A DNA stretch of 64,000 nt from an uncultured Bacilli bacterium. GTDB taxonomy: Bacteria > Bacillota_I > Bacilli_A > RF39 > UBA660. The stretch spans positions 7,885-71,884 of the forward strand of contig CALVXC010000001.1 of assembly GCA_944368805.1 (NCBI GenBank), in the 5' to 3' direction. Positions 1-8,623 of this stretch are shown here, one piece after another. Under the pieces are notes generated by a model. The model was not told where the DNA came from, ran no database searches, and saw only the letters and a program-made list of their open reading frames with translations. Each line of letters starts with the position of its first letter. Positions within the stretch are counted from its first letter, which is position 1. The translations under genes and the position numbers were made by a program.

Positions 1-20
1 TGACGAGGAATGATGATATA

Positions 21-1325
21 ATGAAAAAAGGTTTAAACAAAACACGAGTTAAAGAAATTTCTAAAATAAAACGCGAACCCAATTGGATGCGTGATTTTAG
101 ACTTAAAGCTTACGAAAAATTTATCGAGTTAAATAATCCTAACTTTGGGCCAGAATTAAAAATAGATTTTGATGAAATAACTTATTATAAAAAAATTGAC
201 GATGTAAAAAATAATTGGGAAGAAGTTCCTAAAGAAATAAAAGATACTTTTGATAAAATTGGTCTACCCGAAGCTGAACAAAAATATTTAGCTGGAGTTG
301 GGGCTCAATATGAAAGTGAAGTAATTTATCATAATATGATTGAAGAATTAGAAGAAAAAAACGTTATTTTTTGTGATACCGATACAGCTTTAAAAAAACA
401 TCCGGAACTTTTTAAACAATACTTTAATAATTTAGTTAAATATGATGAAAATAAATACACAGCTTTAAATGGAGCTGTATGGAGTGGTGGCACCTTTATT
501 TATATTCCACCATATACCAAAATTGAAAGACCTTTACAAAGTTATTTTCGCATCAATAGTCAAAATATGGGACAATTTGAACGTACCATAATTATCGTTG
601 ATGAAGGTAGTGATATTCATTATATGGAAGGTTGTACCGCACCTACTTATACAACTGATTCGTTACACGCTGCTATAGTTGAAATCTATGTTAAGAAAAA
701 CGCTAAATGTCGTTATACAACAATTCAAAACTGGTCAAATAACGTTTATAATTTAGTTACCAAAAGAGCCATTGTAGAAGAAAATGCAACGATGGAATGG
801 ATTGATGGAAACATTGGCTCAAAAGTTAATATGAAATATCCATGTTGTATTTTAAATGGTAATAACGCCACAGGCAATTGTATTTCCATCGCTGTAGCTT
901 CAACTGATCAAATTCAAGATACTGGAGCTAAAATGATCCATTTATCTCCTTATACTAAAAGCAATATTATTAGTAAATCAATAGCAGCTAAAGGAGGAAA
1001 TGCATCATATAGAGGAAATGTTACAATTAGTAAAAAAGCTCATCATTCTAAAAGCACTATTAAATGTGATACTATTATCATCGATGATAGTTCTAAAAGT
1101 GATACAATTCCTAAGAATGTCATCAATAATAGTTCATCTAATATTAATCACGAAGCCACTGTTTCTAAAATAAGTCAAGAACAGTTATTTTATCTAATGA
1201 GTCGAGGATTAGATGAAGAAAAGGCTAAAGAATTAATTATCATTGGCTTTTTAGATCGTTTTAAAGAAGAATTACCGATGGAGTATGCAGTTGAATTAAA
1301 TGCTTTACTTAAAAATTATTTTTAA
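21..1325 (+). CDS. sufB: Fe-S cluster assembly protein SufB
   Basis: 434-aa ORF. N-terminal motif '[14 protein letters not shown]' and overall SufB/SufD beta-helix signature. The window starts 20 nt upstream, so an upstream suf gene is probably truncated. Confidence 0.8.
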   Translation: MKKGLNKTRVKEISKIKREPNWMRDFRLKAYEKFIELNNPNFGPELKIDFDEITYYKKIDDVKNNWEEVPKEIKDTFDKIGLPEAEQKYLAGVGAQYESEVIYHNMIEELEEKNVIFCDTDTALKKHPELFKQYFNNLVKYDENKYTALNGAVWSGGTFIYIPPYTKIERPLQSYFRINSQNMGQFERTIIIVDEGSDIHYMEGCTAPTYTTDSLHAAIVEIYVKKNAKCRYTTIQNWSNNVYNLVTKRAIVEENATMEWIDGNIGSKVNMKYPCCILNGNNATGNCISIAVASTDQIQDTGAKMIHLSPYTKSNIISKSIAAKGGNASYRGNVTISKKAHHSKSTIKCDTIIIDDSSKSDTIPKNVINNSSSNINHEATVSKISQEQLFYLMSRGLDEEKAKELIIIGFLDRFKEELPMEYAVELNALLKNYF

Positions 1326-1386
1326 GCAAATACTTTCTTTTTAAATATTTTTATGATATAATTTTCTAAAGATAGGGAGGAATAAT

Positions 1387-1704
1387 ATGTTAAAAAAAAT
1401 ATTATTTATTACGTTAGGAAGTATAGCTTTATTTAATGTAACTGGTTGTGATAAACAAGAAAAACAAGAAGAATTATTAAAAGAATATGGAACTGATTAT
1501 TATAATACTTATATGAGTGAAGTTAAAGGACTCGATATTGCCGAAGTTACTTTAGGTATGTTAAAAGATTTAAACGATAAAGATTTAGAAAACTATGATT
1601 TAACTGATTTAGAAGATTGCGAAGATGAAACATCAGTCAAAATGACTTTAGATGAAAACAATAAAATAACAAAATATGAATATAATTTAAAATGTAATAA
1701 ATAG
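1387..1704 (+). CDS. small lipoprotein (signal peptide with lipobox VTGC)
   Basis: N-terminus MLKKILFITLGSIALFNVTGC is a textbook lipoprotein signal. RBS 'gggagg' 7 nt upstream. No recognisable domain. Confidence 0.55.
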   Translation: MLKKILFITLGSIALFNVTGCDKQEKQEELLKEYGTDYYNTYMSEVKGLDIAEVTLGMLKDLNDKDLENYDLTDLEDCEDETSVKMTLDENNKITKYEYNLKCNK

Positions 1705-1852
1705 TATTTTTTGCTATTCAATGTTACTAATTTTTTGATATTTGGTAATTATTTATCCTTTTTATGAACAGAAAACAAAAAAGAAAAGTAAAAATAATCA
1801 TTTGCTTTTCTTTTTTTTATTCTTTATATTGATATAGAAAGGAGGATTTGGT

Positions 1853-2182
1853 ATGTTGAATCAATCAATTATTGTCGGTAGATTAGTTAAAGATCCAGAA
1901 TTAAGAACTACAGAAAATGGTAACAAAGTTACTAATATAACTTTAGCCGTATCACGTAGTTACAAAAACATCGATGGCGAATATGATACCGATTTCATAC
2001 CTTGTGTTTTATGGAAAGGTACAGCCGAAAATACATCGCAATATTGTAAAAAAGGTGATTTAGTAGCAATCAAAGGAAGTTTACAATCACGTTTTTATGA
2101 TAAAGAAGATGGAACTAGGAATTATGTTATCGAAGTAGTAGCTGATAAAGTTACGTTTTTATCGACTAAAAGCAAGGATTAA
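1853..2182 (+). CDS. ssb: single-stranded DNA-binding protein, short paralog without acidic C-terminal tail (SsbB-like)
   Basis: OB-fold SSB motifs (IVGRLVKDPELRTT...; LWKGTAEN). Only 109 aa and ends ...STKSKD with no DDDxPF tail. Not in rpsF-rpsR context. Confidence 0.75.
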   Translation: MLNQSIIVGRLVKDPELRTTENGNKVTNITLAVSRSYKNIDGEYDTDFIPCVLWKGTAENTSQYCKKGDLVAIKGSLQSRFYDKEDGTRNYVIEVVADKVTFLSTKSKD

Positions 2183-2385
2183 GTTTCCTTGCTTTTGAAT
2201 TGCTCGTAAAATAAATCATCTGGTTTTAATTTAAACACATCGGCGATTTTAACTGCCATATCATATGACATACGTCGTTTATCGTTTTCTATTTGCCAGT
2301 AGAAAGTTTTACTGATATTTAATTTCATTGCCATTTGTCGGCAACTATAACCTGAAGCCATTCTTCTTTCTTTTAAAGTATTCAT
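2179..2385 (-). CDS. XRE/Cro-type helix-turn-helix transcriptional regulator (68 aa)
   Basis: HTH 'ASGYSCRQMAMKLNISKTFYWQIE'. Divergent from a second XRE gene; convergent with ssb. Confidence 0.6.
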   Translation of the reverse strand: MNTLKERRMASGYSCRQMAMKLNISKTFYWQIENDKRRMSYDMAVKIADVFKLKPDDLFYEQFKSKET

Positions 2386-2525
2386 CTTATCACCACCCTA
2401 TATACTAATTATATATTAACTTATAATTAATTTCAATAAAAAATGTTACCAATAAGTTAATTTTGTTTCGCTAATAGAGAATGATGGTATAATATAGTTA
2501 ACAAATTGATTACGGAGGTGGTTAA

Positions 2526-2879
2526 ATGATTATTGGTAAACGTCTTAAAGAATCTAGAATTAAAAAAGGATATTCACAAGAAGAGTTAGGTAATTTACTA
2601 GGAGTAACTAAAGTATCTATCTGTGGTTATGAAAAAGGAAGTCGAACTCCAACTTTAGCTAATTTTTTAGATTTGGTTAAAATTTTAGAAATAGAACCTG
2701 ATTATTTACTAGGTCGTGATGGTATAGGGGTAGCTGAAAGTGAGGAAAAATATCAAGTTAGTATTGCTAAAGAAGACATTGTTATTTTAAATGAGTTAAA
2801 AAAGCAACCTAAACTTTATAATAAATTATGTACTGATCCTAAACGAAATATTGAACTGTTAGCTAGAAAAATAAAATAA
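2526..2879 (+). CDS. XRE-family helix-turn-helix regulator (117 aa)
   Basis: HTH 'KGYSQEELGNLLGVTKVSICGYEKG'. RBS 'ggaggtgg' upstream. Divergent partner of the 2179-2385 gene. Confidence 0.6.
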   Translation: MIIGKRLKESRIKKGYSQEELGNLLGVTKVSICGYEKGSRTPTLANFLDLVKILEIEPDYLLGRDGIGVAESEEKYQVSIAKEDIVILNELKKQPKLYNKLCTDPKRNIELLARKIK

Positions 2880-2906
2880 TTTATCATAATTAAAGGTTAT
2901 TTATAA

Positions 2907-2940
2907 TTGTCAAATTAAATATTAATTTTGACAACTTTTT
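2907..2940 (+). terminator. putative intrinsic terminator (AT-rich hairpin ttgtcaaatt...aattttgacaa followed by cttttt)
   Basis: Inverted repeat followed by a T-run directly after the XRE gene. Confidence 0.4.
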
Positions 2941-3066
2941 AAATTTGAACAGCTTTAAAAAGGATTATATCTTAAAATAGCCTTTTTTAAATAAATTTTT
3001 CTATATTTTACCACTTTATTTATTTAACTAACAATGATATAATAAAAACGCTTTTATTAATCAAGC

Positions 3067-3095
3067 TTGACTAACGAACGTTTGTTTGATAATAT
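3067..3095 (+). promoter_or_regulatory. uvrA sigma-A promoter (TTGACT-17-TAATAT) with an SOS/Cheo box CGAACgtttGTTTG in the spacer
   Basis: -35 at 3067-3072 and -10 at 3090-3095. 3075-3088 matches the Gram-positive LexA box CGAAC-N4-GTTCG with one mismatch. Confidence 0.55.
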
Positions 3096-3112
3096 AAGAT
3101 GTAGGTGATAAG

Positions 3113-5917
3113 ATGGATGAAATTATTATAAAAGGCGCTAGAGAAAATAATTTAAAAAATGTTGATATAACTTTACCTAAAAATAAATTAATCGTTATGA
3201 CTGGTGTTAGTGGTAGTGGTAAATCTTCTTTAGCCTTCGATACAATTTATGCTGAAGGTCAAAGACGATATGTCGAAAGTTTAAGTGCTTATGCTAGACA
3301 ATTTTTAGGTGGTACAGAAAAACCACTAGTTGATAGCATTGAAGGGTTAAGTCCCGCTATTAGTATTGAACAAAAAACAACTAATAAAAACCCTCGTAGT
3401 ACTGTAGGAACTGTAACCGAAATATATGATTATTTAAGATTATTATATGCTAGAATTGGTATACCTTATTGTCCTAATCATCATAAACCAATTTTTAGTC
3501 AAAGTATTGAAGAGATGGTTAATAAAGTTTTAGAATTAAGTCCAAATACTAAAATAAGAATTATTAGTCCTATAGTTCATGGTGAGAAAGGTACTTTTAA
3601 AGAATTATTAGAAAATTTAAAAAAAGATGGTTATGTTCGTGTTCGAATTGACGAAAAAGAATATGATTTATCAGAAGAAATAAATCTTTCTAAAACGAAA
3701 AAACATTTTATTCATGTTATAATTGATCGTTTAATTATTAATGATGAAATTAGAAGTAGGTTATATGAATCAATTGAAATAGCTACCAAATTATCTAAAG
3801 GAAAAGTTGTCGTTGATATTATTGGTGGCGAAGAGTTATTAATGAGTGAAAATTATGCTTGTCCTGATTGCGGTTTTTCACTACCAGAATTAGAACCAAG
3901 AATGTTTTCTTTTAATGCTCCATATGGTGCTTGTCCTGATTGTAAAGGACTTGGAATTAAACTTAAGATTGATGAAGACTTAATTATTCCTAATCGTAAT
4001 TTAAGCATTAATGAAGGAGGAATTGTTCCTTTAAATTTAGATGCTAATATATATTATACGCAAATAAATACCGTTGCTAAATACTACGATATTGATTTAA
4101 ATAAACCAATTAAAGATTTACCTAAAGAAAAATTAGATATTATTTTATACGGTAGTAAAGAAATGCTAGAATTTAATTATATTTCAAGTAATGGTAATAC
4201 GAGAAAAACAAACGATTATTTTGAAGGAATTGTTAATAATCTTGAAAGACGTTATATTGAAACAAAGAGTGGTTGGATTAGAGAATGGATTGAAAAATTT
4301 ATGACTGAGCTTCCTTGTGATACTTGTCATGGTTCTAGATTAGATGACGGTGTTTTATCTGTTTTAATTGGCAAAAAGAATATTTACGAAACAACTAAAT
4401 TAAGTATTAGAGATTTATACGAATTTATCAATAATTTAAAATTAACTAAAACTGAACAAAGTATATCTGAATTAATTATAAAAGAAATAAAATCACGCTT
4501 ATCGTTTTTAATAAATGTAGGGTTAGAATATTTAACATTAGATAGAATGGCTGGTACTTTATCAGGTGGTGAAGCATCAAGAATTAGATTAGCAACTCAG
4601 ATTGGTTCTAGACTAACAGGCGTTTTATATGTACTAGATGAACCTAGTATTGGCTTGCATCAACGTGATAATAATCGTTTAATTAATTCTTTATTAGAAA
4701 TGCGTGATTTAGGTAATACTTTAGTTGTTGTTGAACACGATACTGATACAATGTTAGCTAGTGATTATTTAGTTGATATAGGACCTTTAGCAGGTTTACA
4801 CGGTGGACAAGTAGTTGCGAAAGGAACACCAAAAGAAGTAATGGAAAATGAAAGTAGTATTACTGGCCGTTATTTAAGTGGTAAAGAAAAAATAGAAGTT
4901 CCTAAAACCAGGCGAAAAGGTAATGGTAAATTTTTAAAAGTAATAGGTGCGAAAGAAAATAATTTAAAAAATATTAATGTTAAATTTCCTTTAGGTACTT
5001 TAATATGTGTTACGGGTGTTAGTGGTAGTGGTAAAAGTAGTCTAATTAATGAAATTTTATATAAAGCTTTAGCTAACCATGTTTATAAATCTAAAGAAAA
5101 ACCTGGTAAATTTAAAGAAATTAAAGGTTTAGAAAACATTGATAAAGTTATAGACATTTCTCAAGCACCAATTGGTAGAACACCTAGAAGTAACCCAGCT
5201 ACTTATACCGGCGTTTTTGATGATATTAGAGATGTTTTTACAAACACTAAAGAAGCTAAGATGAGAGGTTATCAAAAAGGAAGATTTTCTTTTAACGTTA
5301 AAGGCGGCCGTTGTGAAGCATGCTGGGGTGATGGTGTTAAGAAAATTGAAATGCATTTTTTACCAGATGTATATGTACCTTGTGAAGTTTGTGGTGGAAC
5401 TCGTTATAATAGTGAAACTTTAGAAATAAAATTTAAAGGTAAAAACATTCATCAAGTTTTAGAAATGCGCGTTGAAGAAGCTTTAGAATTCTTTGAAAAT
5501 TTTCCTAAAATTAAATATAAATTACAAATGTTAAATGATGTTGGTCTTTCTTATATCAAATTAGGTCAAAGTGCACCAACATTATCAGGTGGTGAAGCTG
5601 GAAGAGTTAAATTAGCTAAAGAGTTACAAAAAAAACCAACTGGTAAAAGTTTATTTATTTTAGATGAACCAACTACTGGTTTACATAGTTATGATATTAA
5701 AAAATTATTATCTATTTTACAAAAGATTGTTGATAACGGTGATACTGTTATTGTTATTGAACATAATTTGGATGTTATTAAACAAGCTGATTATATTATT
5801 GATTTAGGTCCTGAAGGTGGGGATAATGGAGGAACAATTGTTGCAACTGGTACTCCTGAACAAATAGTAGAAGTTAATAATAGTTATACTGGTCAATTTT
5901 TAAAACCTTTATTGTAA
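3113..5917 (+). CDS. uvrA: excinuclease ABC subunit A
   Basis: 934 aa. Two ABC modules (GVSGSGKSSLAFDT...; second GVSGSGKSSLINE), zinc-finger Cys pairs and LSGGE signature motifs. Confidence 0.95.
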   Translation: MDEIIIKGARENNLKNVDITLPKNKLIVMTGVSGSGKSSLAFDTIYAEGQRRYVESLSAYARQFLGGTEKPLVDSIEGLSPAISIEQKTTNKNPRSTVGTVTEIYDYLRLLYARIGIPYCPNHHKPIFSQSIEEMVNKVLELSPNTKIRIISPIVHGEKGTFKELLENLKKDGYVRVRIDEKEYDLSEEINLSKTKKHFIHVIIDRLIINDEIRSRLYESIEIATKLSKGKVVVDIIGGEELLMSENYACPDCGFSLPELEPRMFSFNAPYGACPDCKGLGIKLKIDEDLIIPNRNLSINEGGIVPLNLDANIYYTQINTVAKYYDIDLNKPIKDLPKEKLDIILYGSKEMLEFNYISSNGNTRKTNDYFEGIVNNLERRYIETKSGWIREWIEKFMTELPCDTCHGSRLDDGVLSVLIGKKNIYETTKLSIRDLYEFINNLKLTKTEQSISELIIKEIKSRLSFLINVGLEYLTLDRMAGTLSGGEASRIRLATQIGSRLTGVLYVLDEPSIGLHQRDNNRLINSLLEMRDLGNTLVVVEHDTDTMLASDYLVDIGPLAGLHGGQVVAKGTPKEVMENESSITGRYLSGKEKIEVPKTRRKGNGKFLKVIGAKENNLKNINVKFPLGTLICVTGVSGSGKSSLINEILYKALANHVYKSKEKPGKFKEIKGLENIDKVIDISQAPIGRTPRSNPATYTGVFDDIRDVFTNTKEAKMRGYQKGRFSFNVKGGRCEACWGDGVKKIEMHFLPDVYVPCEVCGGTRYNSETLEIKFKGKNIHQVLEMRVEEALEFFENFPKIKYKLQMLNDVGLSYIKLGQSAPTLSGGEAGRVKLAKELQKKPTGKSLFILDEPTTGLHSYDIKKLLSILQKIVDNGDTVIVIEHNLDVIKQADYIIDLGPEGGDNGGTIVATGTPEQIVEVNNSYTGQFLKPLL

Positions 5918-6021
5918 TAGATAAAGGTTTTTAAATTTTTATTGACAATTATACTGTTAAATATTATGATAATTACAAGATGAACGAAAGGAATCTAATA
6001 TAATTAGATTAAATATGATAT

Positions 6022-6901
6022 ATGAGTTTAAAATATGAAAAATGGCGTGATTTAATTATCGATCCTTTTAGTATAAAATTTAAAACAATTAAAATAAAAA
6101 AAATCATTAATTATTTACCAGCTGGTAATGATGTGGTTGAATGTATTGGTCAAAGAAATGAAATTCCAACTCGATTTTTTATAAAAATAGAAAGAAGTAA
6201 AACGGCTGATTTTAAATCAGAAATAAATAATTTAAATATACTATTTAAAAATCCCTGAAATATATGAATATGGTCAAGTAAATGATAAAAATTATATAGT
6301 TTTAAGTCCGATATCAGGTAAACGTTTATCAGAACTATTAGAAGCTAAAACTAATCAAAAATTTAAAAAACAATTGTTACAAAAATATGGGAATGAATTA
6401 GGACTTATTCATAAAATTCCTAGTAAAAATTTTAATATCGCTAAACAGCGAATTATAAATGAAATTCCTAGTCAAAAACATTATTCTAACTTTGATTTTA
6501 ACACAACTAAAATAATTAATTATCTAAAAGAAAATCATCCAAAAATAACTTTTGATACATTTATTCATGGAGATTTTCATTATGGAAATGTTTTGTGGCA
6601 AAATAGGCAAATAATAGGGGTTGTTGATTTTGAATATAGTGGTTTAGGCTTTAAAGAACAAGATATTGCTTGGGCGTGTATTTTAAGACCCAATCAAAAA
6701 TTTATGAATAATATAATCGATATTAAAGAATTTTTAAAAGGTTATTTAAATAATGGAACATTTAACAGTAAATCATTAAAATGGTGTTTAATAAATGGTT
6801 ATCTACATTTTTATTTAATGAACGAATCAAATAAAGAGTATAGACAAGAACTATTAAATATGATTGATACAATTATCGAATATGATTTTAACAATTTGTA
6901 A
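6022..6901 (+). pseudogene. APH/ChoK-family phosphotransferase (kinase) gene split by a frameshift in a T3-A5-C3 homopolymer stretch (6236-6255)
   Basis: ORFs 6022-6258 and 6374-6901 are adjacent frames. The downstream frame is open from 6236 and continues 'KIPEIYEYGQ...HGDFHYGNVLW...VVDFEYSGLG' (Brenner motif and DFE motif of aminoglycoside/choline kinase fold). One reading frame is restored by a 1-nt indel near 'tttaaaaatccc'. Confidence 0.55.
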
Positions 6902-6969
6902 TTTTTAAATTAAAATATTTTAATTTAAAAAATAATGTGGTACAATATTTAACCAACAAGGAGGATTTA

Positions 6970-8508
6970 ATGGAAAAAGTAGTAGCAGTTTTAGTAAAAA
7001 AAATATATAACTTTGGTTATGGAGAACAATCTAATAGAGTAAAATTAAACCCTGTTAGAATTATTAGGGGAATAATAGATAATGATATTATTATAACTGA
7101 AGATAATTGTAAATTTAAATGTGCGAATATTTCAGAATCTGATAATACCGAACAATATTTTTATATTTTTCCTATAAGTGTTGAAAAATTAGTTAAAGAA
7201 TATTTAACACAAGAACAAATTTATGAAAATTTAATTTCAAAGCAAAATGATGACGTTCAAATTATCGATTTAAATTCTTATCTAGTTGATTATTTTGATG
7301 AAGTATCAAGCTATCATACTTATTTAGAAGTATCTATTGATAAATTTAAAGCTGACTGTTATATTTATGATTATAATAATAGAGATACTAATAAAATTGA
7401 TCCACAATTAGATTTTTTCACAGCTTTTGATAATTTAGAAATAATCAAAAAAAATTATGAATATGTTGAAGAAAATTATGAAGAAGTAGAAGAAGATTAT
7501 GAAATTAAAGAAGAACCAACTAAAGAAATTGTTTTACAAGAAGAATTTATTCCTAAAATAAGTTGCCCTAGTTTATATAATACAATTACTAAAACAGTAA
7601 TTGCTCAAGATGAACAAATAAAACAAATTTTAATTGCTTTAAAAAAACATTATTTATCTGAAGATAATAAAATGAAAGCGAATATTTTAATGGCTGGTCC
7701 AACTGGAACTGGAAAAACAGAAATTTTGACGCAAATAGCTAAACAAATAAATGTGCCAATTGCTATTTTAGATTCCACACAATTTACCCAAGAAGGTTAT
7801 GTTGGAAGAAGTGTTGATCAAGCTATAAAACAACTATATGATAACGCAGATAGAGATATAAATAAAGCTAAAAAAGGGATTTTAGTTTTTGATGAAATCG
7901 ATAAAAAAGCAAGTATTGAAAGGGAGACGATTGCTACTAAAGCAGTATTAGATAGTTTGTTAAAAATAATGGATGGAACTGATTATTATGTTCCTAATTT
8001 AGGAAGTATTAATACATCTAAAATGGTATTTGTTGGTTCAGGAGCTTTTTCAAAAATTGTACCCGATTTTGAAAAAGAAATAGGCTTTAATAATCAAATT
8101 AATAAAAAAACTTCTTATAAAGAAAATGTTAATGTTGATTCTTTTATAAAATACGGTTTATCACCAGAATTTATTGGACGAATCAATGAATTAGTTTTGT
8201 TAAATGATTTGAGTATTAATGATTTAGTAAAAATTTTATTAAACTCTGATAAAAGTATATTAATAGCTAATAGAAATCTGTTAATGAAAAAAGGTATAAA
8301 ATTAGAATATGAAGATAAAGCTATTGAAAAAATAGCTATGAAGGCTTATGAAATAAAGTCAGGAGCTAGATCCTTAGACAAAGTTGTAAATGATACCTTA
8401 AGATACGCATATGAAGAAATATTTTTTGAAAATCAAAAATTTAAAGAATTAATAATTACTGAACAAACAGTAGAAGATCCTAAAATTTATAAACTACTTA
8501 AAAAGTAA
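6970..8508 (+). CDS. ClpX-family AAA+ unfoldase module with a non-canonical 240-aa N-terminal domain (no C4 zinc-binding domain)
   Basis: Start ATG 6970 follows RBS 'aaggagg'. C-terminal 280 aa match ClpX block by block: Walker A GPTGTGKT, '...FTQEGYVGRSVD', Walker B 'GILVFDEIDK', an 'EIGFN' IGF-like ClpP-docking loop, 'SPEFIGRI' and sensor-2 'GARSLD'. The N-terminal region is acidic and repeat-rich (NYEYVEENYEEVEEDYE) and unrelated to the ClpX ZBD. Confidence 0.6.
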   Translation: MEKVVAVLVKKIYNFGYGEQSNRVKLNPVRIIRGIIDNDIIITEDNCKFKCANISESDNTEQYFYIFPISVEKLVKEYLTQEQIYENLISKQNDDVQIIDLNSYLVDYFDEVSSYHTYLEVSIDKFKADCYIYDYNNRDTNKIDPQLDFFTAFDNLEIIKKNYEYVEENYEEVEEDYEIKEEPTKEIVLQEEFIPKISCPSLYNTITKTVIAQDEQIKQILIALKKHYLSEDNKMKANILMAGPTGTGKTEILTQIAKQINVPIAILDSTQFTQEGYVGRSVDQAIKQLYDNADRDINKAKKGILVFDEIDKKASIERETIATKAVLDSLLKIMDGTDYYVPNLGSINTSKMVFVGSGAFSKIVPDFEKEIGFNNQINKKTSYKENVNVDSFIKYGLSPEFIGRINELVLLNDLSINDLVKILLNSDKSILIANRNLLMKKGIKLEYEDKAIEKIAMKAYEIKSGARSLDKVVNDTLRYAYEEIFFENQKFKELIITEQTVEDPKIYKLLKK

Positions 8509-8623
8509 AAAAAGATTTTATCTTTTTAAATTAAGCTTTTTGAGTGAATCTAGACTAATTTAACAAATTCTGTTATAATTATTCTAGGCTTTTTTTATTT
8601 AAATCGCAAAGAAAGGAGGGAAT

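Noticed and set aside
5129-5356. 75-aa antisense ORF inside uvrA, and similar antisense or shadow ORFs listed in the track (13214-13408, 17103-17312, 24140-24334, 25965-26186, 28565-28843, 32133-32426, 33746-33952, 37444-37629, 37585-37836, 38039-38230, 39589-39870, 41810-42223, 55510-55770, 57118-57399, 58178-58423, 59393-59617, 62540-62758)
   Set aside because: All lie within well-supported genes on the opposite strand or in an alternative frame, have low-complexity AT-codon composition, and lack an RBS. They are typical spurious ORFs in AT-rich DNA.
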